Positions 43,337 to 56,215 of a stretch of DNA of 64,000 nt are shown here, in pieces (within the stretch, counting starts at the first letter, position 1; the number at the start of each line of letters is the position of its first letter). The DNA is taken from positions 88,365,180-88,429,179 of the forward strand of contig NC_068990.1 of assembly GCF_001194135.2 (NCBI RefSeq), written 5' to 3'. Both the position numbers and the translations under genes were made by a program. The DNA is from Octopus bimaculoides. Lineage: Eukaryota. The notes under the pieces were generated by a model. It was given only the letters and a program-made list of their open reading frames with translations, made no database searches and was not told the origin of the DNA.

Positions 43337-46300
43337 AGTTGAAATTTACAGAAAAACAAAAGACAATAACAGGTGTATGAACATCAAGCAGGTGTATTAG
43401 TTTGACATTCAGGAAAGTGAGGAAGTCTTTTACGTTTCAAGCCTACGCTTTATAGAAGTAAGCATGACTGCTGTATGCTAGTGTGTTTGCAACAGCATTG
43501 CTGCAAGGAGGCCTTTGGCATTGAATTAAGGTTGGGTAGTGTTAGGGAGAGAAAGAAAGAGAAGAAAAGTATACTTACATAGATGTGTATGTGTGCACTC
43601 ATATATATATGGAGACAAACATAGGAGATTACAAGGGATGCATAAAGTTGGAAGGTCTGCATTGGCATTGGTGGTTAGGAACCCTGTCCTTGGTTGTGGA
43701 ACAACCAGTGTTGAGGTTAAAAGCCAGGATAAAAACCATGTTGTCTAGAAGCCATGTTAGGTACCGTGATGTCTAAGCAGAGATAGCTTGAACCATCCTC
43801 TCTCACTGTAATGAGAATCCTAGTTTATTTTGTGTGTATGTGTAAATAATATGCCTAAATATTTATTTTTAGTGAGCTCTGCCAATTTATCTTAACTCAC
43901 TGATTTTATGCACTTTTACATATAGGCCTAGCAAGAATATGTTGAGGAAAACTTGCTGTTGCCCAAATATGTGAAGGTCAGCTGAAAAATTCATAGAATG
44001 ACTAAGATACTCTTATGGAATGTGACCAAATGAGGTTTATTTTTCAGCATTATTTCCTTTACAATCCACACACTTCTTCCATCTGTGTTGCAGTGATTGG
44101 ATCTCATTACTGAAGAAACTTTCAGCTTGGTGATCAAAAAAGTCATCAACAGAAAATATGATGTCATCATCAGTGTGATACTGGTTCTCAGCCAAGTGTT
44201 TTTCCTGTTGGAGAACAGATTATAGTTAAATGTGTCCAAATCAGGAGAATACGGATGATGATCAACTAGTTTAAAGCCACAGTCATGCACATCAGCCTTT
44301 GAAACCAAGGACTTGTATACTGGAACATTGTCCTGATGAAACAAGACCCCTTTCATCAGTTTTCCTGAGCATTTGGTCCTGATAACTTTTCATAACTGAC
44401 TCAATAAGTTGGCATAGTACTCTCCATTGATGGTGTGTTCCTTTTGAAGATAGTCAGTAAACACAAAGTCTTTTGCATTCCAAAAAACTGCTGCCATCAC
44501 CTTCCCTGAAGATGGAATTACCTTGGCCTTCTTTGGAGCAGGTAAGAAGGGCTGTTCCCACTGCATGGATTATCTCTTGCTCAAAGTGATGATGCCAACA
44601 CTAATTATGGGTTAAGGAAACCAAATGGATGTGCCTCAAGCAATGTCAGATTTTACCATGTTGTGATCAGCTTGGAGTGTTTTTGATCAGGTGTCAGACA
44701 ACATGGCACCCACCAAGCCGAAACCTTCATCATGCCAAGTTCATTGTGCAGAATATTCTCAACTCACTTACTCTATACAACTTTCCAAACACATGTTCTG
44801 GATTAATGTATGTAGAGGAAGTTGTTTTTAGTCATGGTGTTGACTATTTCCAATTTGGTTTTTGGATTTAGAATTCTTATAAAGTATTCATCATAAGCAT
44901 TTCATAGTTGATCATTTTCCTCTTTATTTTCTAAAAGGGGAATATTTTAAATTTTCCATTTGCACAGATCTCTAGGTGTTTATTCTATAGAACATTTCTA
45001 AGAAACGAATCTTTAATTTGCCGTTTGTGCACGCTTATGTGACTAGTTATTTTTGTATCTGTTCCCTCACTTAATTCTCTTTGCACTCTAGGTGTGTGAT
45101 GCAATATATGAGAATTTTTGTTTTACAATTCATGTTTGCATTCACTTTCACTTCCGTTCCATTCTTGAATCTTTTTCATTCTCATTTACTTTGTAACGTG
45201 CAAGCAGCATTAGTATACATTTCTCTTATAAATTCTAGTTTACTCAAAAATTGACTGTGGACCTCCAAAAGATGTTGTTGCTGGTGTAGTGAAGTCCTAC
45301 AAAACCACAACCTATAAATCTGAAGCAAACTATGTGTGCCCAAATGGAGTACTAATAAAGTCAATATGTGAAAAGAACAAAAAGTGGACTTCAGTAGTGC
45401 CTTCTTGTAAAGGTAATGTAAACAGGTTTTCTCCTCTTGTCACCGTTTAGGTAATTTTGTTATTTCTGTGTTAAATATCTTTGTTAGATGAAGACTGGCT
45501 AACTCTATGACAATTTTACATGGTGTTTGTGGCTGATGGGAAGGAGAGAGGAAGCTATCCTGAGACAAGAGTCTTCCTCAAATGCTTGCAACAGAGTGGA
45601 CCCCATAATTACTACCCAAGGGCCAGGTAATGCTATTAAATTGGGTGATGGATTAAGTCTAGCAGCCTAGAGCTGGAAGCATAGAAACTTGCTCCTCTCT
45701 TGCAGGCTTCCACATAGTTCACATCCACCAAATTTCATCTGCAAGGTTTAGTTGTGAAGGGAATTTTTAACAATGCAGAAAAATACTCCACCCTATACCT
45801 CATTGTTATTAAGTAAACTTGTATGTCCATAGCTATGCTTCAACTCATGATAAATTTTCTCTTAGTTTCTAACTTGACCTGTTTCATCCACACTTTGTGT
45901 CATCATCCAAACCTGTACAATACAATGTCTGAGCTCTCCATAAAAACTCAGCAATCCTCTGAAACAGACTTCTGATGCTTGTTTTCTTGCAGTCCATCAC
46001 CCTTTATAACAACAATACTAACAATAATAATGATTTCTGATTTAGGCTCAAAGCCAGCAATTTTTGATGGGAAGTGTTTAGTCAGTACCATCAACCCTAC
46101 TATATGACTGATACTTTATGACATTGATACTCACAAGAATGAAAGACAAAGTTGACCTTGTCTTGATATGAATCAAAAGATTCTGAATACACATTAAAAT
46201 ATTTCTTCCAATTCTCTAATTACTATATGTGTATACAATGAAAATAGAGATGTAGATGATGATACAACCCTTATGAGAACCCTACCTTTCAAGACCATCC

Positions 46301-49300
46301 TGAACTCCAGGGACAAGTGTCTTCTTCAGTTATTGTTCCCTGACCTACAGCTTTATGTGCTGTGGCCCCAATTCATTCTTGCTCTTCTTAGCATTTTCAC
46401 ATTACCATCACTAAAATTTTCCTTAAGGACCACAGCTTCTTCTCCATCTTCATCTTCTTACAAGTGAAACTTTAAAAATGCAGATAGGGATTGACCAAAG
46501 TGGAATGTCACTATCATCCAACCTTTCAAACTTTTTTGCTATAATTACCAGACAGAGGGAAAATGCCTATTCTTCCAGTTTAAAAGAGGATGTGAGGCAA
46601 TTATCATGATGGGTTTGGCTGATAGCTAGATTCATCTTACACACAACAGCATCTGTTTGACATAATGCTACAACTCAGCAATGCATGGACAGTGACTAAT
46701 GATTTTGGTTTCTTGGAGGCATCTTGGGAAAGCCTGTCTCTTGGCACTTCCATGACTTTAGATTTTATATTGGATCAGTAGAATCCTTTGGTAGCACAGA
46801 CATATCAAGGACTTCATAAAGTTAACCTTAGTATTCTCTGATCGAATGTCTTCTCAAACAAACTTGTCAGTTCACTTTTCATCAATGCTCACAACAACTC
46901 TGAGAATGTCAATACTCTATCCCTCCACCAACCCTCAAAATATTTTCATAGTGGAACATCCACCAACCCAATTACTCAGATCAAGTTTGATTCAGTATAC
47001 TATATTTTCTGAAATCCTTAGGATTACTTAAGATAATGGGGCCTACTCTTTTCAAGGTGTTTGGGTGTGATTGAGGGAGATTTGTTTATAAATCTAACAT
47101 ATTGGATGTCCACGTATGAGTATTGATAGTGGCTTGTCCATGGTAAAATTTGAACTTAATATTGGAAGCCAGCAGATCTAAGGTATCCTCTGGTATAGTC
47201 TACTGTCTTGTTCAATACAACCATCTGGCCCTTCAGGTATTCATGGCAAATACGGTAGACAACACTAGGTCCAATGTTAATATATTTACTACAGAAACAT
47301 TGATCCATAGTTACTCAGCTCAGCATAGATATGGAACACATTAATGTCACAAATATAAGAGGGAAAGTGGCCTCGACATTTCATGACATTACTGTCTCTG
47401 CCATGACTAGCTTGCTGAAAAATAAAAAATACCACTTCATTGTAATCAATTATACATTCCTTGTTTAGATATTAGAGAAAGCTGTGAGGTAATTTGATAT
47501 TCATGACTTTTTCAAGGGCACTAAATAGCTATGTAAAATGAACTTAGACTGAGAATCAAACCCAAATCACTTTTATTAAAAGAACAACTTGGGGAAATAT
47601 ATACTCAGGGTCACTTTCTACATGGAAAACAATAAAGTGGCTGGTTATTGATCAAATATATTTTAATTAGTTAAAATTACAATCTGAATGGCTGGTAAAA
47701 TAATTATGTTATGATTTCAGAAGAGACAACCTTGAAAGATTGTTCTTTTTTACCTTTTACATCTCACTAAAGTATCATTTTTAATGATTAAAAATTTTAG
47801 TTGTTCCCATTTACTACATATCGTTTATTAATTCATTAATTTTGTTTCCAGGGTAAAACACTGAAAAATTAGTGAAGTCCTTGCATTGGTTAAGCATATT
47901 CAGTTAAATACTTTTACATTCTGGATTCAAATCCACCACAGTATACTTCACCTTTCATACATCTGTGGTTGATAAAATAAGCATCAATCAAATACTGATG
48001 TCAGTTTATTTTCAAATATACTCACTGCAGAATGTATTTAAGGCCTTGTATTTAAGTTAGGAACCTCTACATTTCTATGTTAGAATTTGTTATTGTTGTA
48101 ATTTTTCATTCGTCTAAATTTTCCTTTAATTCCAGTTTCTCAGATCTATTTTGTGAAAGTAAAGGGAGCAGTTCTGGATGTATCTGGGAAAATTTTGTGG
48201 AATAAGCAAAATGTATCAGTAGAAACCTGTGCAAAAAAATGTTTTTCTGACAAAAATTGTTTATCATTTGAAATAATTAAAGCAAGTGGAAAATGTTACT
48301 TATCAAAGCAAACTGCAGCTTCCTCTGAAAAAATAAAAGCAGACAAAAGCAGAGATTACTACCAGCGAGTAAAATGTAATTATTTTTTGTATTATGTTAT
48401 TTGCATTCTCTTTGCTTCTTTTTCTGAAATTTGTGATTCCATTTGCACTTCATATTATATAGACAAACACTTTTGTGAAAATATCTGCAGGTTTATCTAT
48501 AAGGACAGACATAAATATGTTGATGACAAAAGCGATACTAGGTACTGTGAATACTGTCTGGGCATTCCCATACAACATTTGTTCATCTTGAATACTTACA
48601 TGCATACTTTCAGTTGTTTTTTTTTTTTGTTTGTTTTTATGTGAGAAAGAAAAGTCCTGTTATTTTCCTCAAATAGAACAGCGAAGGTAGTGGCTGCAAA
48701 ACCATCATTGCCATCAAAGCATGAGCAATAGCAACAACAGCTTTCTTTTCATTTCTACAAGTTAGCATAGTTTAGACAGTGCTATTACTACACAGTGTCT
48801 TATCACTAGTTTTTGTCCAATGTACAAAATAACAGAAATAATGCCAATGTATATAGTCATGTATTTTCTATATTTTGGCATGGTTATTATAGCAAGATGT
48901 TGTTCCTCTCAACAACCATTGCACCACCTGAATATAGTGCATTTTCCCAAATCTTTGTTTCTTTGTTATTTTATGTTTCACATGTTCTTTAACTTAGTCC
49001 TACTTTATATCTTCATTTATCATCCTCAATGTTCTCATCTATCTTTAGAGATCAATAAAAAGAGTATTATAATTAATATTTTATAGATAATTTTAAATTA
49101 CATAATATTGTTAGTTATTGAAATTTTGAATAAACCATGAAAAAGCCATCTGGTGCATTTTAAACCCTAATCCATTCCCAAAAGTATTTTTTAGCATAAG
49201 CCAATCTTCTCAGAATAAATGTGAGTTCTATTACATCACAAGACAGACAAAAAAATTCATCTTAATGGTTCAGTTGTATATAATCTATTTGTACAATGGT

Positions 49301-52300
49301 GTGCATCTCTTTGATATTGAATGGCCATAACACCACTTGAAACATTGGTTGGTCAACTGTTTAAGTGAATTCTGACACTACAATATTGCACCATTAGAGG
49401 AGAGATATACAAATGTATTGTCTGGAGCTTTAGTAGTTAGACAAGGTTTCAGATAAGTCTCAAGATATTCTGTGACTCACATGAACTCTGATTATGGTTT
49501 CATTTTGTGGATCAATCAGTTATTCATAATGAATTTTCCATTTACAAAATTATGCACCGAGTGCTTTACAATATTTAATATATACTACAACAAAGGAGGT
49601 AAGCTGGCAAGTTTCTTAGCATGCCAGGCAAAATGCTTAGTGGCATTTCATACATCTTGACATTCTGAGTTCAAATTCCAGTAAGGTCAACTTTGCTTTC
49701 ATCTTTTTGGTGTTGATAAAGTAAATACCAATTGGGCACCGGGATCGATGTAATTAACTAACCCACTCCCCTGGAATTGCTAGCTTTGAGCCTAGATTTG
49801 AAACCAATATATGCTAGAAGATATGTATGGTGTTTGTTTGTATGCTTATGGTGTATGCATGTGCTCAGGTGTGTGTATGACTGTACAATGCATTTCTAGT
49901 TTTCTTTTGCTTTTTCCAGCCAATGATGAACCTTTTGTACTACAAAAAGTTACTTTACCAGAGCAGACTTATATTGGAAGGCTTAAGAATTTGAATTTAA
50001 AGAAGTGTAAAAAAGCTTGCTATGTGTATCCAGAATGTAATGCCTTTCAGTACAACAAGAATACTAAATTTTGTGATCTAAGCAATGTGACACAGTTGAC
50101 TGAAGGACTTAGACCTAACAGTGGAAATTGGGATGTATACATACTTTCCTCAGGTTAGTAAAGTGTTTTCATTTAATTTATTAAGTGTGTGTCAGTGTGT
50201 ATTTAGATATATGTATATGTGTGCAGTATATATATANNNNNNNNNNNNNNNNNNNNNNNNNNNNNNNNNNNNNNNNNNATATATACATATATATATACTT
50301 ATACACAAGAGACATTTATACCTCAAATACCCTGGGAACTCCTTCAGCGTTGTTGATAGTTTCTCTTTCTGAGGTGACCAAATAAGTAATAGTGGAAGAT
50401 GTTCTGAAAGTATTGTTGCAAGAATAAAAATAGGCTGGAATAAGTTCAGAGAGCTATTACCTCTGTTGGCAACAAAAGGACTCTCTCCCAGAGAAAAAGA
50501 AGATTGTATGATGCTTGTGTATGTCCATAGTAGTGAGATATGAGCCCTGAATGCAGAAGACATACATAGAGTTTAGTGAGGAATGAAGCTAATATGCTCC
50601 AATGGATATGCAACATCAGTTTGCATGTACAAGAAAGTGCAAGTGTGCTGAAAGAAGAGGTGGACATATGAGGAATCAGATGCAGCATGCAAGAGAGAAG
50701 ACCAGTTGGTTTGGACATGTGATGTGCATGAATGAAGCATGTGGCTTCATTTTCCTCCAGCCTTCATTTTCCTCCAGCCTTCATTTGTCCTTTCTAGTCA
50801 CCCGTATACTCAACCAGGTGATACATGAAGGAGTCATACCCAATGACTGGCATAGCAGCATCATAGTCAACTGCTACAAGGGTAAAGGTAATGCATTAAA
50901 TAGGAATAATTACAGAGGTATCAAATTGTTGGACCAGGTGATGAAAGTCACAGAGAGGGTGCAGCAATATCAAAGGAAGATTAACTGAGAAGATAGTTTT
51001 TGTGTGTGGCAGATGCACAAGTGCAATGAACACCAAAGATGTACACAGAACATATTTGTATCAGTCAATACCTTTTATTCTAAATTTGTCATTATCTTCT
51101 CATTTTTATCCTCTTCCAACATATTTTCATGATTGAAATCAATTCCTCTCATCACTTCCAGTTTTCTCAATAATTGACTGTGGTCCGCCAAGAGACATTT
51201 ATGGTACGAGAAAGTCTTACAATACCACCACCTATAAATCTGAAGCATCCTATTCTTGTCCAAGAGGAGAAAAGCTGAGGTCATATTGTAATGAGGATAG
51301 TAAATGGACTCCACTAAAGTCTGCTTGTGAAGGTAATGTAAATAGGTTTTCACTGTTTGCCTTTGTCTCGGTAATTTTGTTTTAGTTTTGTTAAATGTCT
51401 TTCTCAGAGGAAGAATGTTTGTGACCATGACAATGTTGATTGTGATTGTAGTTGGTGGGAAGAAAAAGGGAATCTATCTTCAGATTAGAGATCTCCCCAA
51501 ATGCTTGCAACACAGTAGACTTCAATAAAGCTATCCAAGGGCCAGGTAATGGTATTGCTTTGGGTAATGGATTAAAACTGCCTCACACGCACAGGAAGAG
51601 TTGAAGCTTGTTCTATTCAGTAAGCTTCACATAATTTCCATCCATCAAATTTCATCTACAGAGCTTAGTTATATATGACTTTTTAACCACGGAACCAAAA
51701 GCCATCTAATAAAACGTTGTTAAGTGAATTTATTACCTCCACAACTATACCTCATCTCATCTTGGTAGTTTTTCTCTTAATTTCTAACTTCACTTTTCTC
51801 ATATGTACAATGTATCCTCATCCACAGTTCTGCAAAATATGTAGCCTTGAGTTCTTCTATACTAGAATTCAACATTCATCTGAAACAGACTTCTGATACT
51901 CTGATGATATTCCATTCCACATTCCTAAATTGCAATAATAATAGTAATAATGGTTTGTGATTTGTACAAAAAAAGACAGCAATTTTTGATGGAAGTGGTT
52001 TAGTCTTTATCATTGACTCCAATATTTGATGATGTCTTCTGTTTTCATCCTCAAGGACATGTCTCCTCTCTAACTTTTGTTCTCTGACTGACAGGATTAT
52101 GTACTGAGCGCCTGACTGGCCTTCGTGCCGGTGGCAATTAGAAGCACCCACTACACTCTCGGAGTGGTTGGCGTTAGGAAGGGCATCCAGCCGTAGAAAC
52201 TCTGCCAAATCAGATTGGAGCCTGGTGTAGCCATCTGGCTCCCCAGTCCTCAGTCAAATCGTCCAACCCATGCTACCATGGAAAGTGGATGTTAAACGAT

Positions 52301-55300
52301 GATGATGATGATAATGTCACCAGCAATTTTAGCTGTTTTCACTTTACTTTCAACAATTACCCTCGAGAACAGTACCTTCATTTCTATCTTCACTTTCTTT
52401 GCAAGTGAAACTTTCAATATACAAATTAAGAACTGAACAAAATAGGAAAGTCCTAGTCATCAGATATTATCCACCACAAAAACAGAGAAAATATGCCTTT
52501 TCTGCCAAGTTAAAGGAAAGTATGGGTCAGTCATCATGATGGACTCAGTGGACAGCCAGATCTGTCCCGTACACAGTAGTTTCTGTTTGACATAACTCTA
52601 TATTCCATCAATACATGAAAAATGACTATCTGAATGATAAATGTTTTGTTGAACCAAGTGCATCATGAACAGGCCTGTCTGATGGTGCTTCCAGCCCTCT
52701 CATAGCTCTGCAAAGCAAGGACTTCAAGAAGATGATCATTGTATTCTGACCATAATTCCTTCAAAACAAGCTTGCTAGTTTGTTTCCTTTAATGCCCAGA
52801 GCAATACTTTAGAATGTCTGTTCTCTATCCCTCAATAGATTGTTAGTGTGTAACATCTGTCAATACTACTGCCCATGTCAGGTTTCATCCAGCATGCTAT
52901 GTCTTCTGAAATTCTTAGAATTACATTAGATAATGTGAACTAAACTCTATAAGATGCTTGCATGTGATTGAAAGACATTTTATCAATATTTCTAAGAAGT
53001 CAGGCATCAACATAGAAGATTCCACAGTGACTGCTGCATAATAAATGTTGAACTCAATATTGCAATATAATTAGTCTGACACAGCTTATATATTAGTATA
53101 ATCTATTGCTTTGTTCAACATCCCCATCTGGCCCTTTAGGTTGTCATGACAGTGGTGGTGGACTGCATTCACACTGACCACAGAAGCTCAGGCTGGGTCT
53201 GGACCATATTAATCTCACAAGTGTAGTAAGGAGAGTGACCTCAGTTTTTCGTAACATAAGTGCTTCTGCCATGACTAGCTTATTATAAGATATAAGTACT
53301 ACCTCATGGTACTCTGTTATATTTTCCTCATTTAAGTCTATGGCCAAACATAAGAGATAGCAATAAGATTTTGTGATATTCATGTCTTTTTCAAGAGCAT
53401 TCACTGTCTATGTAAACTGAACTGGCTTGGACTGAGAATTAAACTCAAATCATTATTTCATCATTATTTTAATGCTCATTTTCCCTGCCTGAATGGTTGG
53501 ATGGAGTTTATTGATGCAGATTTTCTGCAAGTGAATGGCTTTCCTGTTGCTAAGTAAGGTAATATTTTTCTATGGCCACATATGTTCTTGCAAAAATAGG
53601 ACATAAGTGTCACTGCATGTATGACAGAGACAATTGTACAACTGTTACATGACATCAAGACACAGACAAACATACAGACTTACACATGCACACACTTACA
53701 CACACATACGCATATACACGCATATACGTACATGATAGGGTTCCTTTAGTTTCTGCTCCCAGATCCACTCACAAGGCTTTGGTTGGCCCAGGGCTATAGT
53801 AGAAGACACCTTTCCAAAATTCCATACTGTGAGATGGAACCTGAAACAATATGGTTGGTATGTGAACTTCTCACTACATGGTCATGCCTGCTCCGTTCAG
53901 TTCATATTTATACTAAAAGAACAACTACAGAAAAATATTCAGGGTTATTTCTGTTTCTTTGTTCTGTTGTATTTAAATATTATAATATTATAATTCTTTA
54001 CAGTTAAATACAGTTTAACTACTAAAAAAAAAAATTGGGACTAATTGTAAAGTGGTTACTTATTCAACAAAGATGATAAAAGTATTATGTTAATGACTTA
54101 TTCTGGTTAAGAAATTCAGAAGAGATATCCTGGATAAAGATAATCAACTTTCTTTCGTCTCATTAAAGTATAGGTTTTATGCTGTGGAACTCCATATTTA
54201 CTACATATTTATATTGGTCCACTAATTGATGGAAATGAAAATAATTTTGTTTTCCAAAGCAAATCATTGAAAAATCAGGGAAGAACTATTTAAATTTAGT
54301 TACATCTTTTTACATTCTAGGTTTAAATCCCACTTGAATGTGTGTCACCTTTCATACTTCTGAGATTAATAAAGCAAGTACTAGTCAAATGCTGAGTTTC
54401 ATTTATTTTCATGTATCCTTACTAAAGAATATGTGCCATTGTGTTTAATTTAGAAACCATTATCAGTAATATTGTTACCATCAATATTTATTATAATTAT
54501 TATCATTATTAAGGATGAAGGATAAAGAGAATCATTTGAGCATCAGACAAAATGTTTTGTGATATTTTTTTCTCACTCCTATAACTTCTTAGTTATCTTG
54601 ACTTTTATGAACTTTGCCTTTCCAGTCAAGGGCCAATAACTTAAAATGCCAGTTAATGTAGAGGTCAATTTAATCAACCATTTCCTTAATCAAAGTTTTG
54701 GTCTACATCCTATATTAGAAATATTGATATTACTTTTCATCACTTTAAATTTTGTTTTAATTCTAGCTACCGAGATCCATTTTATAAAAATAAAATATGC
54801 CTTTCTGGATATAACTGGAAAAACATTTTTGAAAAACAAAAAAGTAACAGCAGAAGCATGTGCAGAAAAATGTTTGTCTGACAAAACTTGTTTATCATTT
54901 GAAATAAATAAAGAAAATAAGAACTGTTACTTATCAAAGGAAAGTGCAGCTACCTCCAACAAGTTAAATCCAACCAAAAACAGTGATTACTACCAACGAA
55001 TAATACGTAATTAATTTTTGTTTTATTATTGGATTTTCTTTTTCTGAATTTTGTACTTCATAGTATAAAGACAACCATTTCTGTTATAACATCAACAGAT
55101 TTACTTGTAGGGACAGATATACCAATTGACCCAGAAAGATCTACCTCATATTTTTTTAATCACACATACAACAGAGGGCAATCAAACTTCCTAAATTATA
55201 AGGACTATATTTTACTTACCTAACAAATGAATTGGATTTCAATATGACCACCTGTTGCTTTAATCATGGCCTACAAATGTGTGGTTACTGAACTGCAACA

Positions 55301-56154
55301 GTACTACACCACTTCTTAATCAAATTCATTCTACACAGTAAGAAGTGTTTCTTTCAGATCTGCCTCATTTGATTATGAGATAGCTGAGATAGCTGGGCTT
55401 GAGGCAGGCCAAACTTTCTTGTCTCAAAAACTGCAAAAATACCATTTTTGCGTAAAATTTGAGGTGTGAGCTTGGACACTGTCCTGGGTGAAGACATACC
55501 TATTTCCAAATGTTTCATTTAACCAAGGCAACATGTTTCTGCCAACATTTTAATGTAAACTGTGCCATTCACATTAACAACCTCATAAATGAAGATCAAA
55601 GGTGACTTGGATCCATTGGATCTTGCAGCAACCCACACCACAACCCCATCTGGTTTCAGATGACAAAAATGGATTCAGCACCTTTCATGCAAGTCCTGAG
55701 CATCAGCAGCATACAACCTGTTATTTTGTCTGTTTCAAACAGCCTCCACTGTGAAGATCTTCTTTTCATTCTCAATGAAGCCTTTGTATGTAGCACTGTC
55801 GAGTCATTTTTTTCTTTGAAGCTGCTGAAATTAATTGTCTGGGTTGCTTTTTGTATGCCTTTAGCCTGAGATCCTCTTTAGCACTCTTGTGAATTGAAGA
55901 TTTTGAAATATTAAGTTCTCTTGCCATTTTTCACATACTTTGACAAGGATTCCTGTGAACTCTCTTTCTCAAAGTATCAATCATAGGTTTGGTGTGAACA
56001 GTTCTTTTACACTCTGGAGATGGCTTGCTTAATGTCATGCCCAGATTGATTGTAACATTTACAGACATTATACACTGTCTTATACACAGTGTCCTTTCAC
56101 AAAAACTATGCATCACATACTTTATAACATTTAATATATTTCTTTGGAATTGTG

Positions 56155-56215
<61 letters not shown>

